A DNA stretch of 63,766 nt, counting the filler, from Welwitschia mirabilis (lineage: Eukaryota): assembly GCA_051453625.1 (NCBI GenBank). It is 5 parts of one record of this genome, joined end to end, with 100 filler letters (N's around TTAATTAATTAA, not from the genome) between each part and the next. Parts side by side here need not be neighbours in the genome. Positions count along the whole stretch, not along the records: positions 11,241 to 29,675 come from JBOZIK010000001.1; 4 more parts are not named here. One strand, 5' to 3'. The position numbers were made by a program, and so were the translations under genes. Positions 12,099-25,016 of this stretch are shown here, one piece after another. Each line of letters opens with the position of its first letter. The stretch's first letter is position 1. The notes beneath the pieces were generated by a model. The model saw only the letters and a list, made by a program, of their open reading frames with translations, had not been told where the DNA came from and searched no databases.

Positions 12099-13354
12099 TG
12101 TTATGGTATGAATTTATGTAACCTCAAAGCTCTTTAACTAAACCTATAAATCAAATAACTTGTAGAAAAACACATAGTATAGATAGGATTTCATCTNNNN
12201 NNNNNNCTAAAAGTAAATAACAATGCAAAGCAATGCAATATGAATGAATATGGAATGCAGTGAAATGGAATGGAAATGGATTCTACTTAGATCTTAGTCC
12301 TTCAGTCACAAGGATTACCTTCTTTATAAATTATATCAATTATGAAGAGCATCCACTAGTTCTTAACCAACATAAACTATGATATCTATCCAAGTAAGAT
12401 ACAAAATGCACTATAACATGAAATGAAAAAGTAATGCAAGCCTTAACAAAGTTTGCCATTATGATATAGATAAATTACAAAGTTATCACAATAAACTATA
12501 ATTAATGTAAACCATAAGGGACATTCACAAAATTGGAATGAAAAGATAAATTGTGTTAACTCAAAGATTATTTAGAATATAACATACACTTACAATAAGA
12601 TAATAGAATCTCAATAGAAGAGACTTATCCTAATACCAAGAAGACTCCTTTCTGTAGCTTTGGATAAACCTCTTGCCCTTTAATCCTCTGTCACAAGTAT
12701 TTGGTATAAAAGATGGTTTGAAAGTGAGGATAAGGGAGCATTTATAGTTTTACATTAAAAGTTCTAGAATTGTAACCATAGAAGTTAAGGAGAAAACTCT
12801 AATAGCATACATGAGTTACTTAAATCCATTTATAAAGATATTCATTCTTGAACATGAAAAATAGTTGTCGTCCTACCTGTCGTTGGGATGACATAGGAGA
12901 CATCACCATGTCCCACATGTTTTCATGCCCCAGTGTCAGCCCTGCAGCTTCTGTTCATGTTAGCTGTCATCATTCCTCATGTCGTGGGGATGATCATGGA
13001 GATGACACCTATGTAAAAAAAGCTACTTCATTAACTCCAAGATCTAATCCAAATCATTATTACAATGTGTAAATATAGTACTGTCATTTGCTCTATTGTG
13101 GGGACGATAGTGAGGACGACACTCTTCCAAAGCTTCTTAAGTAAGGGAAATTAGCCTTCTTCATCATTAGTCTTCTTTAACATGCTAAGTATCTGAACAT
13201 GCCTAAAATGCCTCTAATTATACCAAGAATTACATGTTTATGTGATCATCCTATCAACTCTCCATAATTACTAGAATTTCATCCAAACCTGTATAAAAGT
13301 CCTGCAAAAGTACTTCAAATACATATTAAATTACTAAAAATTGGCATTACAATA
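12099..13354 (-). repeat. 5' LTR of element C (~1.26 kb)
   Basis: Starts TGTTATGG next to the PBS and ends ...TTGGCATTACAATA. Shares CTGTATAAAAGTCCT and the GTCGT/ACGAC motifs with family B LTRs. Confidence 0.7.
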
Positions 13355-13460
13355 TTTCTACTATGAATTAGCTATTAAACATTTCAAAACTGAGATAAGA
13401 AACTCAATTATTACAGAAAGAACCATTAGCTTTTAGAAAAAGAGAAAGGATCAGCTGCTT

Positions 13461-14840
13461 GCATACTTTTCACATGTTGGATGGAATATGGTAGCATAGT
13501 TTAATTAGGGTATTCTAGATTCAATTGCTATGGAATTATATGTAAACATTCATAAGATTAATGATAGCACTAGGACATCTCAAATGAAAGTATGAGGTAC
13601 TTCATTATATACTACTCCTCGATTTGTAAACTCTATACTTGGTATTAATCATTCAAACCTACTATAGTTGTATGTTCATTCTTTCATAGACATTTTTACT
13701 TTACATTCTATTAGTATGTCATGGGGGTTAATGAGTAATGTTCTATTTGAGTACTTTAGAATGAAATTTTATAAGAACATAGAACATAAGGATATGGTTC
13801 TAGATGCATCTATATTAAGCTTCATCATGTTCTGTAACATTCTTTTAAGGGATAATAGTTATAGCCACTGCAATCCCATGCAGACATTCATTGTTTTTAT
13901 CTTCTTAAAGGATTAAGGATTGATTTTAGATTTATTTTATGCATGAATATTATTATATTATTTTATAAGACTCAAACTTTGGGTCACCATTTTTTAATCA
14001 GTTTTATTATTAGTAGTGCTATTATTGTAGTATCACATGTGGATCTTATTTGTCCAAAGAAGCCTCTTATAGGATCCAGTGAGAAATGATGTGTACTAGT
14101 TCCACCTGATGAGGGAAAAGTATAAAACCACCTAAATCATAGTGTTAGTAATCATTCTCTATATCTTCTCATAGTTCATCATTTATTAATAGGGGTTTAA
14201 AAGCTATTGTAAATATGATTGGTAAGATTAAGCATAATTTGATGAGACTAAAAAAGCATAGATCCATAACTAGTAAAGAAGAAACACCTATAAGTAGTTG
14301 AGGANNNNNNNNNNNNNNNNNNNNNNNNNNNNNNNNNNATAAATTAGAGGCTAATGCACCTCTAGTGCCACAAGGTATATCATATAACTTAAGATAAGAA
14401 ATGGATATAAATACTCTAGAATATATAGCAGAGGATGTACCATCATAGGAGAAGAAGCAGGAAGAGTCAAAGAGCTTAGATATTTAACACTTCATCTTCC
14501 TTAGACTAGGTCCTAAACTATCCATCTATTATCCTATCCAACATCTATCATCTCCTTGTCCATCAGCACTACCTTGCATGCAATCTCCATCACCATATTT
14601 TATAAAGACCCTTCATGTTCTACCTCTTACCATAATATCACCATCATCCTTCATCAAGGCCACTGCTTTTAGCTTCTCTGGGACTTCACCCCTCAAACAT
14701 ACTCATATATGAGGAGACAAGCCTATGAGAGCCCCAATGAGACATATTAATAGCCACATAAAAAGTGGCATACACCTCCATCCATATCTCCATCATCCTA
14801 TATCATCTAGACATTCATCATATGGGATAGTGATGATGAA
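13461..14840 (+). pseudogene. Decayed env-like (ORF3) region of the SIRE-like element
   Basis: In-frame YFSHVGWNM...AMELYVNIH...KV*GTSLYTTPRFVNSILGI (13464-13646) follows the FxxxGW..EFYxNL..VRG..INxxLG pattern of plant retroelement extra ORFs; Pro/Ser-rich tail. The end is approximate. Confidence 0.55.
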
Positions 14841-15355
14841 TAAAAAAGAACATATTACACCAACAAATTAGCATTTAGTGACTAGATCCTTTTGTATGCT
14901 ATTCAAAAGAGGGAGAAGATATAGGCAAATTAGCTTAAACATTTAGATTAGGCATGTAGTCTGGTCCTAGAGGACTTGATCATAAATTACATGAATCAGA
15001 CTTCCTATGAGTGAAATCACTATTTATTAATGATTACTATTGTTTATTGGCATACATTATTCTTTGATATTTCTACCATTGTTAGTATACTATTGTTTGC
15101 ACACTATTATTAACTCAAATTACATGATTAATTATTATTTTTCTTAAATAAAATTAACTATAAATTATGTGCACATTTTTTTATCACCACTTTGCATGTT
15201 TATTCATATGGTTAATTATTATATTTTTAATATTGTTAATAAAACATGATTATGTCTTTAGCTCTCTTGAATTTAAATATCTTAGTGCATTTGATTAAGT
15301 ATGATTACACTAAAGAGATTTACTAAGTTTTGGACACCATTGAAAAGGAGGAGAT

Positions 15356-16834
15356 TATCAGTGAAAATTCAGCTTTGATGCTTCAAATTATCAAATATAT
15401 TGTGCTATTATGTGGATAGTTATATTGGAGAAAATTAGGTAATAAAAAGCATTAGTTCATGTCATACTTCAAAGTTCATATTTATAGAAAGTTTGGCATA
15501 GAATTCACAAATACTGAATCACAACTAATTGAAGATGTCTATAAAAGTGAAGACATCTATGAAAAAAATGTTTGTACATTTGAAGACATCTATGGAAAAG
15601 ATGTATAATAAATCAAATACATCTATGCTGAACTAGATTTCAATTATAGAGAAAGATCTCTACACTAATGAAAATGTCTATACTAAAGCAAGGAATGATA
15701 TAGACCAAAGACATCTATATAGTTGAAGACATTCATACTAAACTAGAAAAGCTAATAGAGGTAAAATAAATTTTGATGAATTATCTACATCTCAAGAAAG
15801 AAATCAAGTTTTACATGTTTGAACCATGATCAATTAGGGTCAGATGAAATACAATTTAAGTTTCATTAATTTCTAGGTAGGTTGACCAAAGGCATCTCCC
15901 ATGTTAAAGACATTTGCCTATTAAAAGGTGTATATAATCCTCAATAAATCTGCTAAACATTTATAGAAAATAAAATATCCATTTGTCATATAACAATAAG
16001 ATATTTTTATTCATTATATGGTGGTTATAAGTTTCAAACATATATTTTACTAGGATAAATAGCTAGAAGTACAATAAAAATTATAAAGGCATAAAGGAAT
16101 GACTTAATGATGAAATATACACAAACACAATGAGTGATTGATCTATTCATGAATATTCTAAGCTATCATTTGTAAAGAACTCTTAAGATATCACATCATT
16201 CTATCATTGGCTTCTACAATAATGAATCACTTTGATCTTTTACACTCATGGATGATGACAACAAGAACTAACCCAAACTCTTGTTCAAGACATATCATTT
16301 TAGGCTTACTATTTTATTTGTTGTTATTATTTAGTGGAATAATACTGTAGGACTATTATATTTTTAAATACTTCTATTATAGTTCATTTTTCATATCTGA
16401 TCTTAAGATCCCTTATTAGGGTTTTCATGTTATAAGGTAATCATTACACGAGTGTGCTTCTATGAGTGCTTGTAAGGGGAAGAGAGTGCTGCCTTGTGAG
16501 AGTAATCTCACATTATTTTACTACTTGTGAGAACATTTTTATTATTGTGTTATTAAATATCCCTGAGGATAAGAGAGTGGTCCCTTGAGAAGAGCATCTC
16601 ATATTATATGTAAGATTGGTGATGTTTCAAAACCACTATTTCTTATAAGTTAAGAATATATAGAGGTATGAGAGGAAGATACCCTCTATGTATGGATGTA
16701 TCCAAGTTGGAAAACCATGTTAAAATTTGGTAAAGTATTTATTATATAATTTTCTAATTGGTTTTTTAATTAAATGTATTTATGGTAGACCTCATTTACC
16801 CCTTCCCTCTAATTTAAATGATCTTCACTCTTCA
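15356..16834 (+). repeat. SIRE-like 3' LTR (~1.48 kb)
   Basis: Begins directly after the PPT (decayed TG>TA); palindromic motif array at ~15530-15740; C-rich terminus. The right end could be 16827. Confidence 0.6.
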
Positions 16835-17938
16835 TACAAGTTTTGTAGAATATGCTATGCTAAAAATATCAAGATATCAAAGAGAATGATGAAACATTTT
16901 ATGAAAGTAAAACCAAAGAACATGTAAATTCTTAAAGCAATGCTAGCTCCCTTAGTTATCTTAAAAAGTCATAATGAAACATGTATGATATATTGACAAT
17001 AGATACTCTAGACATATGATAGGTAATAAATCAAGTTGTACTTCCTTAGTTGAGTAAGACAAGAATGTTATTAATTTTGATGACAACATAGAGGCATCAA
17101 TCAAAGACATTATAACCATTAGAAGAGGAAATTTAATAGACGTAAAAGATGTATTTTATATTAAAGATTTGTAATATAATTTTCTTAGCATTAGCCAATT
17201 ATGTAACATAATCTTTTCATTACTTTTATTAAAAATGATTATTGTGAGTGTCCTTCAAATAAGGTTCTATTCACTAGTCTTAGAAAATCAAATGTATATG
17301 TTACTATCTTATAAGATATTTCTGATAAAGGTATTAATAGTCTATTAAGTACTGCAGGTGATGCAAGAATGTGGTATAGAAAGCTTGAACATATTAATAA
17401 GAACCTATTAAATACTTTTTCCTCAAAGGATATGATAAGAGGACTTTTCAAAGTATAGAACTTTGATGATCAAGTATGTGAAACTTATTAAAATAAGAAG
17501 CAAAGAAGATAAGATTTAATAAGATGAACTCTATCTCTATTGAACATACTTTAGATCTTCTACATCTTGGTATTGCTAATTATTCTCCTATTAAAAGCCT
17601 TATTAGGAAAGATATTATTTAACTATATTTAATGATTATTCTTATTTTACATGGGTAGTATTCATTACACACAAGGATGAGACTTTTGATATCTTTTCTA
17701 AGTTGTGAATTAGATTGTAAAACTAAAATGAATACAAGATTAAAATAATAAGAAGTAACAATATTATAGAATTCAAGAATGTAAAGTTCAATTAGCTCTA
17801 AGAATACTACAATAAAATGAATTGGTTTAAAGGAAAAATCAAATTATAGATGAGATGGCTAGGATAATAATGCATGGCCAATAAGTTTCTTATCATTTTT
17901 GGGTCAAATCCTTTAACACTACTTGCTATGTTTCTAGT
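16835..17938 (+). pseudogene. Copia (SIRE-like) pol, N-terminal piece: protease, GAG-pre-integrase, integrase core
   Basis: *YIDNRYSRHMIGNKS (WYIDSGCSRHMTG type) at ~16986, MWYRKLEHIN at ~17369, HFWVKSFNTTCYVS at ~17894-17935. Confidence 0.85.
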
Positions 17939-18283
17939 TGTCATATCCTATATTTTGTAAATCTTATTTACTTAAATATTAAGTATATTAAGCTTTTATT
18001 CAAATAAACAATTATACTTATTTAAGTTTTCAATCAAATAAGATGTCATTTTAAAATTAGCCTTAGTTTTCAATATCTATAATTTACCATAAAATTGATA
18101 AAAATTATGTTAAAAGGCTTTATGAGAAAATCTATTTAAATATTTAAAATTACATAATTCCATTATGTGAGGAATTAAAATCACATGATGAAAATAATAA
18201 ATTGGAAGTTTCAAGAGGACATAATAATAATATTTTACATCTTATTTACTCATTCATAATCTTGGTAAATGTGATATGTGTAT

Positions 18284-20478
18284 TGAAGTTTCAACATGGG
18301 AACTTAGCATAGAAGAGACCCAATAACCCATAGGATCAATTTGATAGGTAATATTTTCAAATAGATGATAAACTCAAATTGCCAGTTATCAAATTTCACA
18401 AAATGAAAATCAAAATTCATTCAATCCTTTTAAAGGCCTAGAAGAAATAAAATTGACAATGAACTAGCACTAATACTAACCAGCAAGATACATTATAAAA
18501 TTTTCTTAAAATTGGATGAAAAGCTTTAATCCAAAAAATTAAAACTAAGACCCAAATATTTGCAAGTAAAGATAGCACAAATGGTACTCTAGATAATTTA
18601 AATAATGTTTTGTTTTTTCTCCTTATTTACATGAAAAATAGAGAAGTATAATTGTGAATTTGAGATAGAATTGCAAGGGATTCCAATCAATACTAAAGTT
18701 GTTATTTTCTGCCAGTGAATTCAAATTTGAAGGGCATAAAGGAATAATGTTTTTCTTACTATAAATGTTTTGGAATACTGATGATAGAGGGAAGTATCCC
18801 TTATTTTTAAAAAAGAACTTAGGTAATATCTACATCCATTGAGTAGCCCATCAATTTCTAAGAACTCTTTGTAGACCAAAAATAGTGCTTTGCACATGAT
18901 TTCATAAAAAAAAATTTCTATTTACTCAAATTAAATATCTATACTAGATTTTGTTGCAAAGAAAGAATGTTATGAATCAAGTTCATTCAAATAAAATTAT
19001 AGGTTATAAATAAAAGTATGATTTAGCAAACATCAAGTGGAAGAAATAAATGGACTGAGTAAGAATTGAAAGGAGAGAAACTCTTAAAACAAATGGTTTT
19101 CATGGGTAGAATTGTAAGTATCAATAAATTATGATTGGCACTTTTCAAACATTGAAATAGTAGGCCATCTTATTATTACTGGTAATTTTCAAAAATAGGG
19201 GCAAGAGGAAAGAAACATTTTCTTAAAAAACTAAAACATAAGAGAGGACTTGGCTGGTTATTTTCTCTTTCAATTGTAATTCTTACATTTTCTAAACATC
19301 AAATTCAAATCAAAATTTTATTTAAGAGCTTGTGGAAGTAAATGTTTTAATTTGGAAAAAATATGAACATTGTCTTGAATTGAAATCAATAACAGAAACA
19401 TTTTAAAAATAAGAAATGGTTTCAAATGTGTTGGGTGAACCCTATTATGATTAAACCATTAAATAGAAATGTAGATGTAAAATGATGATGATGCTAGAAA
19501 GGGAAATGTAATAAGGAACACTGGTGTGAGGAGAAATTTTGGCATGGATTTACTAAATTTTGAGAACTTTTTTTAAAATGCAAAAATGTAATAATGAAAT
19601 GATTAAATATTAATCTGAGTGATAAATTTCAAAATGGCATTGATATAGGGTCATGGAATAAATCACTGTTTATAAAATAAAGTTTTTTTAAACAAATATA
19701 AAAATGAATTGTTTCAGATAATAATAACTTCAAAATTAGTAAAAAATGTATATGAATCACATTGATGTTATTTGAAGACACGAATAATAGGGTTTACAAA
19801 AATCCCTAATTTGATTAATTATCGCCCTATTTTTAAAACAAATTATGTTAAACAAAAGTTGAAACTGAATTGGGGATTTTCAAAACTATAATAAAGTAGG
19901 CTTAACACAAATCTTCACTTTATTTGAAACAGAAATACATAGAAGATTTATACTAAAACTTTAAAGGATAAGGATTGCACCTGAATTACTTGACTGAAAA
20001 TTATATTGAGCCTTCTTATTCTACTTGAGATTATAATATGATTTTTATTATTTAGCCTTAACAAGTAATATAGTTTCTTCAAATTTCCTCTCAATTGCAT
20101 CTCTTACCCTCTCTCTCATTAATGACTGAATTGATGAATAGATAATAGAGTTGTAGTTACCATTTCCATTCTAGGATTTTACTTATCTCAACTTGCAACT
20201 GTAGTTCTATGTTTCCAGCATGTAAATTGTCCTTTCATTGATACAACACCTACAAGATATCTTATGATGGTTGTAATAACAGAAAAGACTAGGTGTATTT
20301 CTTTTATTTTAAAACATGCATTCCAACCTCTTTAGAACATATTATTAATTTAAGATATTTTGTTACTTCCGACATATGTAAAAATAAAAATAATGCATTA
20401 ACATGATGAGATTAGATCAATATTTGTTCATTTAATGTTTGTGTCCTTAATGACATCAAGTCAAGGTTAATTATAACA
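18284..20478 (-). repeat. 3' LTR of the Copia element (2195 bp)
   Basis: Colinear with 25017-27283 and adjacent to the PPT. Confidence 0.92.
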
Positions 20479-20490
20479 ATCTCCCCCTTG
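20479..20490 (-). promoter_or_regulatory. Polypurine tract
   Basis: rc CAAGGGGGAGAT abuts the 3' LTR. Confidence 0.85.
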
Positions 20491-20559
20491 ACATTAAGGG
20501 CAAAAACATAAATCAATAAGTTTTTCTAAATTCCTTCCCTTGCCCATAATGTGAAGAAT

Positions 20560-23500
20560 TTGTAAATTATCTCATAATTCTTGAAATCTAGTTTTGTCTA
20601 AAGGATTAGTAAATAAATTAGCTAATTGTAATTTGATAGGATAATAGTTAAGTTTCAGCAATTCATCCTCCACCAATGTTCTTATGAAATGGAACTTAAT
20701 GTATTTTGATCTTAAATGCATAACTATTTTTACTAATGGCAATTGTAAACATGCTATCACAAAGCAAGTGTATTGGTTTCTTAATTGAAATGGTGAAATT
20801 AGAAAATAATTTGTTTAACCATATCAATTGTCAACTTGCTACATGTATAGCTACATATTTAGCTTCAGCTGTTGATTAAGCAACATAAGGTTATTTTTTT
20901 TGAAATTCAAAAAAATAAATTATCCCCTAAGAACATAGCAAAACTACATGTGCTTTTTCTATCATCTAAGCTTCTGGTCCAATTAGAATTAACATAACCA
21001 ATTAATTGGAGGTTGTTATTTGCTTCATAGAATAAACCAAAATAGGTTGTACCTCTTATGTATCTAAGGATTCTTTTGATAGCTTCTAAATGGGGTTTCT
21101 TTGGACATGTCATAAACTTGAATGTATAACTGAATACAAACTAAATGTTTGGATGAGATGTCGTTAAATGCATCAAACTACCTATTATGGACTTATAAAG
21201 GTGTTCATCAACCAAATCCCCTTTCATTTCCTTTTTGAGTTTAATGTTGAACTAGATAGGAGTTAAAACGGATTTTGAAGTATGCATTTAAAAGTTTTAA
21301 AGCATGTCTTTAGCACACTTTTCTTGATTTAGCAAAGTCCATTTAGGAGTTTATTGAATTTCAATTCCTAGGTAGTAGGAAAATTTGGCTAAATTAGTTA
21401 TTTCAAACTCCACTTTCATTTCTTTTCTAAATTTCTTAACTACTTGATGATCATTTTCAATAGAGATTATATCATCAACATATAATAAAACAAATGCAAT
21501 TTTATTTGTTTCTCTTTTTAAATCAGGTGTTGTTAGCTAAGCATTTTGCAATATCTTATTTTCATCTAACTTGAATAACTAGGCTCTAGGTTCTTGGTTC
21601 AGATCATATAAGGCCTTGTTCAATCAAGCACATGATCTTCCTTTCCTAGTATGACAAATCCCTCAAGTTTAGATATATAAACTTCTTTGCTAAGAACACC
21701 ATTTAAGAATGTTAATTTGACTCCATTTATTAAACTACCATTTGAAATTTAGCAGCATATGCAAGAAATGCTCTGATGGATTCTATCCTAACCAAAAGTG
21801 CATAGGTTTCACTATATTCAATGTCAGCTTCTTGTACATATCCCTTGACCACTAATCTAGCCTTGTATTTGTTAATCAAATGGTCAGGATTGTATTTTAT
21901 TTGAAAAGTCCACTTAGTCCCAATTATGTTTTTTTTCTTTAAGAGGAGGTATTAAAGTCCAAGATTTGTTCTTTTCTATTTGGGCAATTTCTAGTTTCAT
22001 TACATCAACACAATGTGGTACATCCTTTGCATCTTTGTAATGTAATGGATCCATGTGAGTACTTTGTAATAATAAGATAACTTGCTCTATTATTGCTACC
22101 CTAAATTCAACTATATTATGACTTTCCTTTAATTGCCTTATAACTTGTTCTCTTATTTGAACAGGTACCAATAGATCACTAGTAATATTTGAGAAATCAT
22201 GCTATGACTTTAATCTAATATCTTTCTCAGGTTAATCAGAGATAGAATTTAACAAATTAGATAGGTCATCATCCAAATTCTGTTGTGGAACCTCATTGCT
22301 CTCTAAATCAAAATTGTATTCATAATTTTTTCCAAATTCAAAATCTAAATTTTATAAGTGTTCTGAATTAGTTTCTGAAGTATTTTCCCAAATTTTACCA
22401 TTGTTTTGCTTTATAAATGGTTGGACTATACAAATATCACATCTAAACTTTTTAATATCCTTTTTTTGATCACATCATAGCATCTATATGCTTTACTAGA
22501 TTGAGAATATTCCACAAAGATGCATTCAATGGACCTGGGTTCAAGTTTGTATCTACTAGGTTTAACATTTGTAACTTAGCATTTTGTTCCAAAAATTTGC
22601 AAATGGGTAAGAGAAGGAGTTTTATTAGACCAAGCTTCACACAGAGTTTTACTTTTAGAAAGATAGTAACTAAACTATTTTATAGCTAATTTGTAGCATT
22701 TACTGCCTCATTCTAGAATTCTTTTCCCAAGTTTTAGTGTAACACTAGTTCATAAGCCATATCTAAAAGAGAATGAATTTTTCTTTTAGAAATCCCATTT
22801 TGCTAAGGTGTATAGGGAGTTATTATTTGGTGTTGAATCCCTTTCTTTTGTAAGAAATTTTAATATTCATTTAAGCAATATTTATATCCATTANNNNNNN
22901 NNNNNNNNNNNNNNNNNNNNNNNNAAATATTTTCAACCGAGGCTTTATAAATCTTAAAGTAATAAAATGCTTGAGATTTATATTTCATAAAATAAATTTG
23001 ATAGTATCTAGTGTAGCCATCAATGAAACTAATAAAATATTTACTACCATTTAAACTAGAGTTTAAAAAGGACCAAAAATATTAGAATGCACAAGTAATT
23101 TTTCAAAACTTGTAGAAACTACCTTTTAGAAAGTGGTTCTTATTTGCTTCTCATGAATGCAGCTATCACATGTTGAGTTGGATTGAATAAAAATATTATG
23201 AATTCCATGAACCAGTCCATTCTTCAATATGATTTCTAGGTAGTAATTTGAAGGATGTCCAAGCTTTTGATGCCAAATCCAAAATTCTTCTTCCTTTTCA
23301 ATCATTGCTTTTTCAAATGCTATTTTATATATATTACTATCTTATTTGGTGATAACTAATTACTTATCATCTTTGGACAAGAAGAACCTTTTTATTTTGA
23401 AAGAGTGATTTATAACCACATTTATCTAATTGTCTAAGATAAAGCAAATTGTAATATGAGTCAGGTACATAATAAACATTTGAAATTGAAAAGTTCTTAC

Positions 23501-24720
23501 CTTTCTGATTTTTTACAACCAAAGTACCAATGCCTTTTATTTCAGCTATATTGCCACCTCCTAACGTAACCATCCCAAGGTGTTCATGGTGTAAATCCTT
23601 TAAGAGTTCCTTTTGGTGTGTGATGTGTTTCAAGTAGCCACTATCAAGGTATCAAAAGTAGATTTTGATGAAGGGGCTAATAAATTCACATCAAAGTTTA
23701 TCTCTTCAGCCATGAAGGAACTAACTTCCTCTTCTTCTTCATCTTCATTCCTATATTTTATTTTAAATAAAACATCCTTTTGACTTTGTTCTTTATTTTT
23801 TGTTGCTATATTTGCCTGGTTTTTCTAAACTCTAATCCTTTTCTTGTAATCTTTGAGTATGTGTCCCCACTTGTGATAGTAGAAGCACTCACATGTTTCT
23901 CTATTTGGTGTTGATGATTGGCCTTCTTGTTGATTTTGATGAAAGTTCAACCCTTTAGCATGCCCTTGAACGCTTTGTCCACTTCTACCTTGGTAGCCAA
24001 TTCCCCTAAATCCTCAACCATGAGAAGAACTTCTACCTCTTTCTCTATAGTTGAAATTAAAGGATTTAGTGCCTTAGATTCTTCTTCTTCTTCTTCTTCT
24101 TCTTCTTCTTCTTCTTCTTCTTCTTCTTCTTCTTCTTCTTCTTCTTCTTCTTCTNNNNNNNNNNNNNNNNNNNNNNNNNNNNNNNNNNNNNNNNNNNNNN
24201 NNNNNNNNNNNNNNNNNNNNNNNNNNNNNNNNNNNNNNNNNNNNNNNNNNNNNNNNNNNNNNNNNNNNNNNNNNNNNNNNNNNNNNNNNNNNNNNNNNNN
24301 NNNNNNNNNNNNNNNNNNNNNNNNNNNNNNNNNNNNNNNNNNNNNNNNNNNNNNNNNNNNNNNNNNNNNNNNNNNNNNNNNNNNNNNNNNNNNNNNNNGA
24401 ATGGATCTTATCTTTTCATGTCTTTTATATTTCTCATCTAAGCCATTCCATAATTTATAAGCTGAAGAATAATTAGAAACTTTTTGGAATTCCTCATCAG
24501 ACATACTAGAATAAATAAAGGTTATTATCTTATTGTCATTCATCTTTTTTTCATATACACTGTGTACTCTTCGATGGTTTCATCAGTCACTTTAGCAATA
24601 TCTTAAAAGTTTTTTTAAGTCCATTCCAATATGTCTTCAGATTTGAGTAAGAATACCATGCACTTTTCCAAACTTCATAACTGATGATGTCAAAGGGAGG
24701 GATCTTTGTCTTTGTCATTT
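20560..24720 (-). pseudogene. Decayed Copia gag-pol polyprotein
   Basis: gag EEFQKVSNYSSAYKLW, protease *YLDSGY, WIWHQKLGHP, integrase TPYTP*QNG, RT KYKARLVVKGYVQE and LLYVDDII, RH SLDDRKST and QLANLFTNPL; many stops. Confidence 0.9.
24079..24154. repeat. (TTC)n microsatellite inside Copia gag, running into a gap
   Basis: At least 25 TTC units. Confidence 0.95.
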
Positions 24721-25002
24721 TAACCTGAATTGTATCAAGCATCGAGAACTTCTCAAATATAAGATAGACTATCTTTATAAAATTGTGATCATTAAACTAA
24801 TTCCATAATATAGTTAGATTCACTAATCTGTGTAGTACATCTAAACACAGATATTACTTTTAGAAATGATAATTAGTAAAATTCCAAATTAAAAATAACA
24901 AAATGCTTAAAAACAAATTGTAACAATTCCAAAAGGAATAAATTGGGGTAAAAAGACCACAAAACCAACAATGTGGTATTAAATTATTGATTGAAAAGTA
25001 AG

Positions 25003-25014
25003 GCTCTAATACAA
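25003..25014 (-). promoter_or_regulatory. Primer-binding site, tRNA-iMet type
   Basis: GCTCTAATACAA is a decayed rc of TGGTATCAGAGC, 2 nt from the LTR. Confidence 0.8.
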
Positions 25015-25016
25015 AA

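Larger units (their letters stand above)
9598..13354 (-). mobile_element. Athila-like non-autonomous element C carrying an unidentified ORF
   Basis: PBS at 12078-12095 (rc TGGCACCATTATCAAGGA) next to LTR 12099-13354. The block at ~9710-9780 is homologous to the 3' non-coding block of A2 (~5420-5490). It contains the artificial spacer 11141-11240, so the two halves may not be contiguous. Confidence 0.65.
13355..16834 (+). mobile_element. 3' part of a SIRE/Maximus-like Copia element (env-like ORF remnant, two PPTs, 3' LTR)
   Basis: PPT-like CAAAAGAGGGAGA (14904-14916) and GAAAAGGAGGAGAT (15342-15355). The LTR has an AGAC(A)TCT/AGATGTCT array and a C-rich end (CATTTACCCCTTCCCTCT...TTCA), all typical of SIRE elements. 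Confidence 0.7.

Noticed and set aside
15530..15740. CRISPR-like repeat-spacer appearance
   Set aside because: Repeats are about 8-13 bp, degenerate, irregularly spaced and inside a plant LTR; no cas genes.
23918..24460. Poly-Ser ORF
   Set aside because: Antisense reading of the (TTC)n tract plus a gap.
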